Origin: an uncultured Acidobacteriota bacterium
Lineage (GTDB): Bacteria; Acidobacteriota; Blastocatellia; Pyrinomonadales; Pyrinomonadaceae
Assembly: GCA_963726075.1 (NCBI GenBank)
Contig: CAVSAQ010000002.1
Location: 607,868-671,867, forward strand
Reading direction: 5' to 3'
Length of the DNA: 64,000 nt
In this document: in pieces, positions 1 to 9,180 of the stretch
Layout: each line of letters opens with the position of its first letter
Numbering within the stretch: position 1 is the stretch's first letter
The notes under the pieces: model-generated
Told to the model about the DNA's origin: nothing
Seen by the model: the letters and a program-made list of their open reading frames with translations, nothing else
Databases searched by the model: none
Position numbers and translations under genes: made by a program

Positions 1-458
1 TCCCGACGGAGTGGTCAATCGCGGCATTGGCATTTCTAATCGAGCGGCGTTTCGTCGCCGGGGAAGTCTTGAACGTTTGCGCAGGAGTTGGCAACAGTCC
101 GCGCATGAGAGAAGTTAAAGCCACTTCGCAAGAGCTTTTTGAGAAACATCCGCTCATTCAGAAGTGGCTTCCTATTACCGAACCGAAATTTGTGCCACTG
201 ACTGAATATGAAGAGTACGTCGAGAAGAGCCTTAAAGAAGATGACAAGCTGCTCATTAAAATACTTGGTTTGCTCAACAGGTTCTTACCTCAAATGGGAA
301 TTGACCAAACATTCGACGACAAGCTTTTGACGGCAAGACTGGCCGGCAGTGGTCTTACAATCCCTCCCTTTGGCAGTTACTTTGATAAAGTGATGAGCTA
401 TTGCCTGGACACTGACTGGGGCCGCGCGGGAGGCGATTCACTCCCTGGCGAACGGTAA
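1..458 (+). CDS. hypothetical protein, 3' portion (gene starts upstream of window)
   Basis: Frame of ORF 27..458 stays open back to nt 3; no family recognised. Confidence 0.4.
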   Translation, partial: PTEWSIAALAFLIERRFVAGEVLNVCAGVGNSPRMREVKATSQELFEKHPLIQKWLPITEPKFVPLTEYEEYVEKSLKEDDKLLIKILGLLNRFLPQMGIDQTFDDKLLTARLAGSGLTIPPFGSYFDKVMSYCLDTDWGRAGGDSLPGER

Positions 459-668
459 TTGGAGAGTGTCGGCCGCTTAATTAACTCCTTACAAGCAATA
501 GCAAAAAATATCAGGTGGTGTGACGAAGGCATTGCTAGGGTTCGCGAGCGCGGGAGACTTACCGGATTCTAAGCGAAAATGAATTCGTGGAAACTTTTGA
601 ACTGGCTCAACCGGGAAAAGAGTTTGCCGTCTACACAGAAAACCACTTCAGGCGGAAAGGTAAGTGCA

Positions 669-1547
669 TCAACTAGAGACGCACACCTTGATAAATGCTT
701 GAGCGGCGAGCGTGAGATGTTTGTCCTTTCGATGGATTATTCTCAACTCGCGACTAGCATTCAGACCTTCAACTTTTACGGCAGTCAACAGCTTGGCTTG
801 AAGTTCTGTTTCCACTGCGAACTTCGACACGAAAGCTATTCCCAGCCCAGCTTGCACAGCTTGTTTCACGGCCCCTGGATTGTCCGTCTCCATCACTGTA
901 GTCAAGCGAAGATTCCACTCTCGAAGATTAGAATCGACAAGAGCCTGAGTCGCAGATCCCTGCTCGCGAAAAACGAATCGCTCCGCTGCCAGGTCTTTGG
1001 GCCGAATACTTTTCCTGCCAGCAAACCGATGGTTAACTGGCACGATTAGCGCGAGTTCATCAGTCCGCCAGGGTATGACCTCCACCTCAGTACCGATAAG
1101 GTGTCCGCCAACAAAACCAAAGTCGAACTCGTTCTTAACGATTAAATCTTCCACTTGACGAGTGTCTTTTATGGCGACGTAGACTTCGATCTTTGGGTGC
1201 TGGCGCTTAAACTCGGCAACCAGTTTGGGCACGAGATAAATCCCCGGCGTTGTACTGGCTCCGATTCTCAACGAACCTCGCTCCAATCCCTTCAGCTCCT
1301 GCATCGCCACTTGAGCGTCTTCGAATGCAGCTACTATCCGTCTGGCGTTTCGCTCGAGAACTAATCCAGCCTCAGTCAGTGAGATCTTTTTTCCTGTTTG
1401 CTCGAACAGCTTCATGCCCAGCTCTTCCTGAAGCAGGCGAATGCGAACTGACACACTGGGCTGGCTGAGGTGCATTTCTTCCCCGGCGCGAGTGAAATTC
1501 AGATGTCGCGCGACTGCGAGAAAGACTTCGAGATCACGGGAGTCCAT
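669..1547 (-). CDS. LysR-family transcriptional regulator
   Basis: N-terminal HTH (FTRAGEEMHLSQPSVSVRIRLLQEELG) plus LysR substrate-binding-like C-terminus; divergent from CMD genes. Confidence 0.9.
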   Translation of the reverse strand: MDSRDLEVFLAVARHLNFTRAGEEMHLSQPSVSVRIRLLQEELGMKLFEQTGKKISLTEAGLVLERNARRIVAAFEDAQVAMQELKGLERGSLRIGASTTPGIYLVPKLVAEFKRQHPKIEVYVAIKDTRQVEDLIVKNEFDFGFVGGHLIGTEVEVIPWRTDELALIVPVNHRFAGRKSIRPKDLAAERFVFREQGSATQALVDSNLREWNLRLTTVMETDNPGAVKQAVQAGLGIAFVSKFAVETELQAKLLTAVKVEGLNASRELRIIHRKDKHLTLAAQAFIKVCVSS

Positions 1548-1682
1548 TCCAGCTTACCTTATCATTGACGCTGCCTATCATAACAATAGAAACAATTCAT
1601 TTCTTTGACTCTTTAAACGGTGGTAGGCTGCGGCTACCTACTACTCCGACGCGCTCAAACCTCTGATGGAAGCTACTAGTTA

Positions 1683-1698
1683 CGGCGCGGTCGCGCTG
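1683..1698 (+). promoter_or_regulatory. SECIS-like hairpin (GGUC tetraloop) in 5' UTR, abutting RBS of ORF 1710
   Basis: CGGCGC-GGTC-GCGCTG, 6 bp incl. one G-U; the 12-mer GGCGCGGTCGCG is identical to the SECIS candidate at 2279..2290; ends 11 nt before ATG 1710. Confidence 0.45.
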
Positions 1699-1709
1699 GA
1701 AAGGCATTC

Positions 1710-2024
1710 ATGAAGGACCATTTTGCGGAGTTGACCAACCGATTGCAGCAGGCAGTTCTATTCGGGCCTGGCGAACTCGACTCGAGTATACGGCAAGCTG
1801 CTGCCACCTCTCGTGATGTGCCCGAGCCGATGAAAAAGTACGCAGAGAAAGTTGCCCTGCACGCGTACAAGGTCACCGACGAGGATGTACAAGCACTTCT
1901 ACAAGAAGGTTATTCTGAGGACCAGATTTTTGAGTTGACGGTCAGTGTTGCCCTTGGTGCGGCACTTTCTCGTCGCAATGCAGGGTTGGAATCACTTCGG
2001 AGAGGACAGAGTGATGCGACTTAA
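1710..2024 (+). CDS. small carboxymuconolactone decarboxylase (CMD)/AhpD-like protein without CxxC
   Basis: 104 aa resembling the C-terminal helical half of CMD-family proteins (EDVQALLQEGYSEDQIFELTVSVAL); stop overlaps next start. Confidence 0.65.
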   Translation: MKDHFAELTNRLQQAVLFGPGELDSSIRQAAATSRDVPEPMKKYAEKVALHAYKVTDEDVQALLQEGYSEDQIFELTVSVALGAALSRRNAGLESLRRGQSDAT

Positions 2025-2628
2025 CAAAGTGAGGACGGGCCACCGCCTACCACAAAAGTTCATGATGCTCATGATACGCCTGGTATCACGTGATCCAGAC
2101 CAACCACAAGACGGCATTCGAACGGTTCTTTACCGACCGAAGTTCTTTGGAAAGCCTTTTCAGGATCTGATGCATGAAGCAATGTATCGTCCTACGCACT
2201 GGGCCCGCGGAGAATGCTCACTCTTTGGCGCCTTCACCTCGCTTAAGATGGGATGTCGCTATTGAACAGGTGCCCATGGCGCGGTCGCGTCATTAGCACT
2301 TGGTGATGTGACGATTAAGGAGGTTTTAGACGACTGGCGTTCAGCCCCTATCAGCGACAAACTTAAGGCCATGCTTGGCTATCTGGAAAAGTTAACGACC
2401 AGCCCTGATGAAATAGGGCCAGAGGATGTTCTACCCCTGCGGTCAGCAGGGATCGAGGATGAAGCCATCTTAGAAGCGATTCATGTCTGCGTAGTGTTCA
2501 GTCTGATTGCCAGGTTAGCTGACGCGCTGGACTTTAAGATGCCATCAGCGTTTGCTAATGGGAGAAGCGCGAAAATGTACTTGAGGCTTGGCTATAAATT
2601 GCCAATTGATACAAGAATTGGGACCTAG
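2014..2628 (+). CDS. CMD/AhpD-like peroxidase-related selenoprotein (Sec at UGA 2263..2265)
   Basis: ORFs 1945..2265 and 2308..2628 share one frame, separated only by TGA; joined sequence gives GECSLFGAFTSLKMG-C-R-Y-U-T-G-A-H, i.e. the CMD motif E...CxxCxxxH with Sec at the second Cys; RBS GGAGAGGA before ATG 2014. Confidence 0.75.
2276..2293 (+). promoter_or_regulatory. candidate bacterial SECIS hairpin
   Basis: ATGGCGC-GGTC-GCGTCAT: 7 bp stem (one G-U), GGUC loop at 2283..2286, 17 nt after UGA 2263..2265. Confidence 0.65.
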
Positions 2629-2645
2629 ATTTGACAGGAGGAGAT

Positions 2646-3059
2646 ATGGCTGAAACAAAGCAGGAGTTGGAAGATGAAGTCACGCGGCTTCGTAACAGAG
2701 TTAGTGAGCTTGAAAGCGATCTCGATAGTGAAAGGAAGAAGCCGAAGAAACATTCCAAGACCTCCCAAGCTAAAAACATTTCCAGTCGGGCAGTAGACGA
2801 AGGCAGTGGACTGATCAGGGGAGTCGCAGTCGCGGGAATAGAATCAGTACGATTGGCCGGAAGTGTCATGTCATCCTTTGCTGACACAGTTTCGCAGAGG
2901 AACCGACCGGAAGAGAAAGACGCAACTTCGGATCTGACGCGAGACCTGCCAAAAGATGTCTATTCCGGAGTACTAAACGCGGTTGAGCAAACGTTGGACA
3001 TCCCTGGAAAAGTGATTGATAAGCTACAAGAGGGCTATAAGGAAACCAGAGAAACCTAG
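2646..3059 (+). CDS. hypothetical coiled-coil protein
   Basis: ORF with heptad-like N-terminus (ELEDEVTRLRNRVSELESDL); no family recognised. Confidence 0.45.
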   Translation: MAETKQELEDEVTRLRNRVSELESDLDSERKKPKKHSKTSQAKNISSRAVDEGSGLIRGVAVAGIESVRLAGSVMSSFADTVSQRNRPEEKDATSDLTRDLPKDVYSGVLNAVEQTLDIPGKVIDKLQEGYKETRET

Positions 3060-3222
3060 TTTTGCCCGAAAAGTGTCTGCATAACTCTTCAAGTGTCCTC
3101 TGCGTTAAGACTACTTCATCCACAGGACGCAGAGACGCAGAAGATCGCAGAGAAGACGTCAACACACCCCTTCAACACGTGGCGCGGTTCAACTCACCTT
3201 CCAGCCAACTTAGCATTCTTCA

Positions 3223-4867
3223 ATGTCACCAATCGGATCATCATGGTCGCTTCGTGACGCAACACTAGACATTAGGCGGGCCTTTTTGCCACTGTGGGAG
3301 GCCGCGAAATTGGGAGCAACTACTCTCGTCCGATTCATTCGCGGACAACCCTTAGACTATCCCACGCTCCTGCGCAGTGCTTTAGAAAGATTGGGAGTCG
3401 CATACCTGAAGCTGGGCCAATATCTGGCCATGCGACGAGATTTTTTGCCCGCAGAACTCTGTGAGGAATTAAGCCGTTTGTATGAATCGGCCTCATATCT
3501 AGATTTCAATGAAATCAAAAAAGTAATTGAAAGCGAATTGAATGGTCCACTCGATCAGTTCTTTGCTGCCTTCGAGGAGAAGGCCATAGCGGCCGCATCG
3601 ATTGCTCAAGTACATGAAGCAAAGACTTTGGCAAATGAACGTGTAGCTGTGAAGGTACAGCGTCCTGGTATAAAACCAGTGTTTGATGCAGACATCCGCA
3701 ATCTGCATCGCGCCGCTGCAATCGCAGATGCCGTCGGCATATCTGGGACCCTACCTCTTAAAGAGATCGTAGAAGAGTTTGCTAAGTGGACCTTCGAGGG
3801 AGTTTGATTTCCTAATTGAGGGCCGCACTGCGGAACGTCTTCGCCACAATGCCACGCCGAATGAGGTCGTGCCCGTCGTCTTTTGGAACCTCTCCACAGC
3901 AAAAGTCCTCACTACGGAACTTATTGGTGGCATGAGTCTGGCCCAGATCATTGCGTTAGTTCGGCAGGGCAGAGAGGATTTGGTACGCGCGCGTCTTCCT
4001 AGTCTCGACTTCGAAGCAGCAGGGCACAATATGGCTCTTGCTTCATTACACCAGTTTTTTGTTTGTGGGTTCTTTCACGGTGATCCTCACCCGGGCAATA
4101 TTTTTATTCTTGAAGATAATTCGGTTGCTTTTGTTGACTTCGGTATCTTCGGCGAGTTGACCGACAACCTTCAGGAGATTCTGACCGGCTACATAGAAAG
4201 CGTTGCCGTCGGCAATCTCTCTGACGCCGCTCGGTACTTTTCAAAATTGTGTAGTCCCACGGAACTTACGGACCACCAGGAATTCCTCAAGGACCTCTCG
4301 TTCAACATCCATCATTGGTATCATGCCTCCAAACGTCCAGCCGCTACGTTTGAAGATCGCCACATCGGAAAGTACTTAGGGGATGTGCTTGGATCCGTGA
4401 GACGGAACCACTTGCGCATGGAGATTGATAGCCTCTTATTCTGGCGAGCGCTGAGTGCGCTTGACTATAGCGCGCTGAGCATGTCCCAGCACTTCGAACT
4501 GTTGGATCAACTTCGCCTGTTCTTCGAACAGATTCGGCCGGGACCGATTGAACGATTGATAGATGTACTTACGGATCGGCGGTTCGAAACCGAGGTGATT
4601 GAACTGACACCAAGAGTGCCGGGTTACTTCAGCGAGATCATTAGTCGCGCGTTACAAGGAGAAGGACCGGGTCGAGTTCTGGTCACGCGGGAATCCAAAA
4701 ACCGTTCAGAACTGAGGACCACACGATGTCTGACGGCTGTCTTGGTAGTTATCTCGCTAATAATCGCAGGCCAGGGAAGTCACTTTGGTATAGCAGCAGT
4801 ACTGTCAATGCTGACTGTTGCGGCAATACTCTTCAGTTTCTCCATGGTTGAGGCACGGCTGAGATGA
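3223..4867 (+). pseudogene. ABC1/UbiB-family atypical kinase, interrupted by a 1-nt frameshift near 3795..3805
   Basis: ORF 3223..3807 (LKLGQYLAMR, AAASIAQVHEA) continues as ORF 3779..4867 in the next frame (EFDFLIEGRTAERL, HGDPHPGN); the family sequence is continuous across the junction. Confidence 0.7.
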
Positions 4868-6462
4868 GCGAGAGGTTAGAAAGCGCCGATCGATCTTTCG
4901 TTGAACGTCTTGTGAACGGACCGGTCGGATTTAGGCACCGTCTCGAGCGTCTCGGTCCGGTGTTCATAAAAATAGGACAGTTCCTTGCGTTGCGCCCTGA
5001 CTTATTACCTCAAGAGTACTGCGACGAATTGATGTATTTGACTGATCGAGTTCCTGTCTTCCCGTGGGAACAAGCGAAGGCGATTTTGAAAGCCGAATTT
5101 AAGCAGGAACCCGGAAAGATTTTTGACTACATCAATCCCAATCCAGTCGCCGCGGGTTCTTTAGCACAGACCCATGTCGCTCGTTTGAGAGATGGCAGGG
5201 AAGTCGCGGTCAAAATCCAGCGACCGAATCTAGAAACTCAGGTTTTGCGCGATCTGAAACGAGCCAGACGATTGGCTCGGCTGCTCCAGATGAGTAGCCC
5301 GTCCTTCATCGTCTCACCAAACGAGGTCGTGGCCGAGTTCGCAGAGTGGCTCAGACAGGAGACAGACTTCAATCACGAACTAAACAATTTAACTCGCTTA
5401 TATAAGCTCGCCACCAACAGCAAATTTCAAAAAATACCCGAGCCATTTCCTGAATTCAGCAGTGCTAGAGTTCTAACGAGTGAGTATATCCGTGGGGTTC
5501 CCGTTACCGAGTTGTTACATGCCTTGCGCGCCCAAGGCTCTAACGGAAATCAAACAAGTAAAAGATTCGGCGTAGATCACGACCGGCTCGCCAGAAATCT
5601 GCTCTGGAGTACGCTGGTCCAGATTTTTCGGTACCAATTTTTCCACGCTGACTTGCATCCGGGAAACTTGATGGCTTTATCCGGCGACGTCGTGGGATTC
5701 GTTGACTTCGGGCTTTGTTCGGAACTTGATGAAACCGTCCGCGAACGGCAAATAAGTTACATTTCGGCGTTCTACAGTGGCAATCGCGATCGAATGTTCA
5801 AGGCCGTAACCGATTTTCTTATCGCGACTGAAGAGACAGACATAGATTCTTTTCGTGCGGATTTCATGGCTGAAACTAGCATGCGCGCACCGGTGGATCA
5901 TCCCAGTCATAATGGATCGCGCACTGAAAGAGATCGCCCTTCCATTACGCAGAGCATGGTTGCAATGTTGCGAGCTGCACGCCGCAACAGGTTGCAAGTG
6001 CCCACCAGAGTTCTCTCAATGTACAAGGCATTGCTTACCGCCGAGACAGTTGCTCACGAGCTTGGGACAAATGCTGATTTACGATCGGTGGGCCGGAATT
6101 TCTTTTTCGAGCTGCAGCGCGACGACATCATATCCAGCGTTGAACCGGATAACCTGGAGACATCAGTCCTCAGTACGGTGGCTTTGTTGCGCGATTCACC
6201 TGGTCAACTTCAACAAATCCTCACCGAATTAGCCGAGGGTAAATTTGAACTCAAAGTGAATGTTTCTGAAGGTGCCAAAGTTAGCCGGATAAAGAACCGG
6301 CGCCTGCGGTTGTTAGTGACTTCGATACTTTCGGTCTGCGTTGCCCTGCTTCTCGCAGCGCCTCGTTTGCCGGCAGTGTTCGACGACTCAAGGTGGCCGC
6401 TCTGGGTGGCATTGATCCTGCTCTACGTTTCAATTCTATTTCAATGGAGGCGTCTGAAGTGA
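4864..6462 (+). CDS. ABC1/UbiB-family atypical kinase with C-terminal TM segments
   Basis: IKIGQFLALRPD, AAGSLAQTHVA, HADLHPGN motifs; ATGA start/stop overlap with upstream paralogue. Confidence 0.85.
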   Translation: MSERLESADRSFVERLVNGPVGFRHRLERLGPVFIKIGQFLALRPDLLPQEYCDELMYLTDRVPVFPWEQAKAILKAEFKQEPGKIFDYINPNPVAAGSLAQTHVARLRDGREVAVKIQRPNLETQVLRDLKRARRLARLLQMSSPSFIVSPNEVVAEFAEWLRQETDFNHELNNLTRLYKLATNSKFQKIPEPFPEFSSARVLTSEYIRGVPVTELLHALRAQGSNGNQTSKRFGVDHDRLARNLLWSTLVQIFRYQFFHADLHPGNLMALSGDVVGFVDFGLCSELDETVRERQISYISAFYSGNRDRMFKAVTDFLIATEETDIDSFRADFMAETSMRAPVDHPSHNGSRTERDRPSITQSMVAMLRAARRNRLQVPTRVLSMYKALLTAETVAHELGTNADLRSVGRNFFFELQRDDIISSVEPDNLETSVLSTVALLRDSPGQLQQILTELAEGKFELKVNVSEGAKVSRIKNRRLRLLVTSILSVCVALLLAAPRLPAVFDDSRWPLWVALILLYVSILFQWRRLK

Positions 6463-7463
6463 ACGTCAGAAGTCTGCCCGATACTACTCTCGGAGTTGTT
6501 CGAGATTTGAGTAACGTCGCCTTTGATTTGGCACAACGTCCAATCGCTCTACTGCTCTCACCCTTCTTGTTAGGGCGCTCTGAAAGAGTTGAAGAACTCC
6601 GAGCTGATATTGTCGAGCTCCGCCAACTACTGCGCATTGCAAAAGATGAGGGATTGGATAAGGACCTGGCCGCAGCCCTTAACTTTCTTGCCGAACACAG
6701 TAAACAAATCCAACGTGCCTTCGTTGTTTGGATTGATCTGATTGAAGTCCTGGTTCAAGACGCCGAACGCCGCTATGGAGCCACTCGTGGTATGGGCGAA
6801 CTCAAAGCCGCTCACGTTAAAGGGGCAGTACGCTATCTTCTGCGGGACAAGTCTTTTGATATCCCGGATGTTCCAAAGTTTCTCGGGCCAGTGGTCATGG
6901 ACGTGGTGACAGATTGGAGCGTCGATGTGGCAGTGCTATTGGCAAATCGCTATGGCTTGTGGGTTGAAAAGGATTCCATTGCGAAACCACACTCCCTACT
7001 AACAACAATCAAATTACAGTTACGACGAGCAGCGCGGTCGGTCCTCGGTCTTATCTTCTGGGTGTATTTACGTATTAGGCAGGCGATGCAAAGGGAAGTA
7101 ATCATAAGTCCTGAAATAAAGGCTGCGATAGACGCGGTGAGGCGCGAAGGGTTAATAGTTCATCACCGAGAGCTCTTCAAGGGAGTTGCTGACTTACTGG
7201 TCTGGATCAGCGCGAAGCGAAAAACTTTGATGGTGCTGGTCGAAGTTACATCAGCCGCTGTGCAGCAAGCTGAAGTCTACGTCTCACTCACCGGCACTGA
7301 AAAGAAGGCTTATGCGCGCGATCTCGTTCTCGCAGTGCTTCATGAGTTGGGGTTTGAGCAAGGAACAGGACTGCTATTTTCAATCATCGATTCAACAGTA
7401 CAGAGCTCGATCGAGATGAGTGTCAACTTATTCAATAAGCGCGGTGTATTTTCACATCATTGA
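6444..7463 (+). CDS. hypothetical protein
   Basis: Long ORF overlapping the stop of the upstream kinase gene (operon-like); no family recognised. Confidence 0.5.
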   Translation: MEASEVNVRSLPDTTLGVVRDLSNVAFDLAQRPIALLLSPFLLGRSERVEELRADIVELRQLLRIAKDEGLDKDLAAALNFLAEHSKQIQRAFVVWIDLIEVLVQDAERRYGATRGMGELKAAHVKGAVRYLLRDKSFDIPDVPKFLGPVVMDVVTDWSVDVAVLLANRYGLWVEKDSIAKPHSLLTTIKLQLRRAARSVLGLIFWVYLRIRQAMQREVIISPEIKAAIDAVRREGLIVHHRELFKGVADLLVWISAKRKTLMVLVEVTSAAVQQAEVYVSLTGTEKKAYARDLVLAVLHELGFEQGTGLLFSIIDSTVQSSIEMSVNLFNKRGVFSHH

Positions 7464-7718
7464 ACTCTCGAAGAAGACGCATGGGTGAGAATTACCAGAT
7501 CGCCTGGGCGAGGACAGCGCAGTTCTTTTGGTTGTTAGTGCCATTGGCCCGTCCCGTAATGCAAGGGTCAGGCGTCTGGGTTCAAACGGTTTCAGCGATT
7601 GGTTTCGTTACATGTGACGAGGAGCGTTTTGAATTGCCTGAGCAAAAACAATAAGCGCCGCAGGCACTCTCCGTTTGTGTGAAGCGTGCGCCCGGATCGC
7701 TCTTAGAGGGGGCACATC

Positions 7719-8795
7719 ATGACAGAACCCAAACTTGTAAATCCGTCGGTCTTGCGGTTTGTGCCTAGCACGGCATGGCGCGAGGTGATTGTACCCGGAG
7801 AGGAGCAGCTCTTCGATGATTTTGCGAACCGTGTAATCGTGGCTAAACAGAAAGAAGTCGCGGCGCAGGGGGATGGAACCGTATTGCGCGGGTTCCACGC
7901 AAAGCTACACGCTGGACTGGTGGGCGAGTTTCAGGTTCTGGATGACCTGCCCGAGTATGCGCGTTTCGGAGTATTCAGTGAGCCTCGTGTCTTCCCGGCG
8001 GTGATCCGGTTCTCCAACGGCATGCCGAGTCGCGAGCGTGACAAGGGTCCGGATACGCGGGGCATCGCCATCAAGCTCATAGGTGTCCCCGGAGACAAGT
8101 TGCCGCCGAGCAATAAGGATGACGTGACTCAGGACTTCCTGGCCACGAGCCGCTCAACCATTTCGACGGTTCGCAATGCAGGGCAGTTCTTAGCGTTCAT
8201 GGACGCGTCGCGCAAACCCTGGCTACTACCCTTCAACCTCGCTCGTTCGGTAGGGGTGTACGAGTCGCTACGCATCATATCTGCGCTCTTCCGCAGCGTC
8301 GTTCTCGGCAGGGTGCGCAGCGTCGCCACGGAGCATTACTCCAGCACTGCGCCTATTAAGTTCGGGCCGTACGCGGTGAAATTCACGGTGCGGCCCGCCG
8401 AGGGCACTGAGCCACCAGCGCGCCGTCGGCGGACGGCCAACTTTTTGCGGGAGGAGTTGACGAATCGGCTGCGTAAGGGTGACTTGTTGTTCGACTTCGT
8501 TGTTCAGTTCTACGTAGACGAAAAGCGCACCCCGATTGAGGATACCTCTGTTACGTGGAAACCCAAGAACACGCCGTTCGTAAGAGTTGCGCAACTGCGT
8601 ATTCCAAGCTGTAATCTTGATGACCCTCTCATCAAGGCGCGGAGCGACGTGATTGATCGATACTTGTTCTTTCCGTGGCACTCGATCGAGGAACACCGCC
8701 CACTGGGCAATACGAATCGTTCGAGACTGGTCACTTATCAGGCGAGTGCAACTCTACGAGGGCACAGTCCCGAACCAACAAGCTTACCTCGCTAA
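7719..8795 (+). CDS. catalase-related (mini-catalase / allene-oxide-synthase-like) heme protein
   Basis: Distal-His motif LRGFHAKLHAG, FSNG motif, proximal R..VTY near C-terminus; only 358 aa. Confidence 0.7.
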   Translation: MTEPKLVNPSVLRFVPSTAWREVIVPGEEQLFDDFANRVIVAKQKEVAAQGDGTVLRGFHAKLHAGLVGEFQVLDDLPEYARFGVFSEPRVFPAVIRFSNGMPSRERDKGPDTRGIAIKLIGVPGDKLPPSNKDDVTQDFLATSRSTISTVRNAGQFLAFMDASRKPWLLPFNLARSVGVYESLRIISALFRSVVLGRVRSVATEHYSSTAPIKFGPYAVKFTVRPAEGTEPPARRRRTANFLREELTNRLRKGDLLFDFVVQFYVDEKRTPIEDTSVTWKPKNTPFVRVAQLRIPSCNLDDPLIKARSDVIDRYLFFPWHSIEEHRPLGNTNRSRLVTYQASATLRGHSPEPTSLPR

Positions 8796-9180
8796 AGATG
8801 ACCGAATGCGGAATTGGCAAAGGCGCTTCGGCTCTGAATGACAGCACAGGAGAGGTTGTGTAGTAACCCTTGTTTCGAACTCGCGGCGGTAACGGGAATT
8901 GCAGCGGTAGTTCAGCTGAGCATCTAGTTAGGAACTTCGCAGCGTTTATTACGATCCTCAGACGGCGGGCGGAATGTGGATTTCCATAGCATTCGACCGG
9001 GTTAAAGCTCCTAGCGCGCTTGCGACAAACCTACCCCCGAGCAGCGAGAATTGAACGAGTTGTCCAGCAAAAGATCTCGCTCGCTTTTTGTTTTATGACG
9101 TGATAGAGTCCGCGCCTCGTTTTTGCGAGACGCTTCAAGCCCTTGCCAGTGAACCGCATAAGGTTCCAAAGGAGTCTGTC

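Noticed and set aside
579-1049. A 156-aa plus-strand ORF lies opposite the LysR gene. Similar antisense or overlapping ORFs occur across the window, for example 20045..20545, 25191..25823, 26645..27328, 52570..53109 and 56828..57376.
   Set aside because: Each lies inside or opposite a gene with clear family motifs. None has a recognisable motif or RBS, and the one at 20045..20545 spans the tRNA fragment.
4802-4817. A near-match to the palindrome, CTGTCAATGCTGACTG, lies inside the first ABC1 kinase gene, 47 nt before the second kinase start.
   Set aside because: It is intragenic and can be explained by coding sequence (VLSMLTV). It has one half-site mismatch and no TAnnnT at the 22-24 nt position.
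8901-8927. The string GCAGCGGTAGTTCAGCTGAGCATCTAG resembles a tRNA acceptor plus D-arm.
   Set aside because: No cloverleaf can be completed. There is no anticodon arm, no T-arm and no matching 3' acceptor strand downstream.
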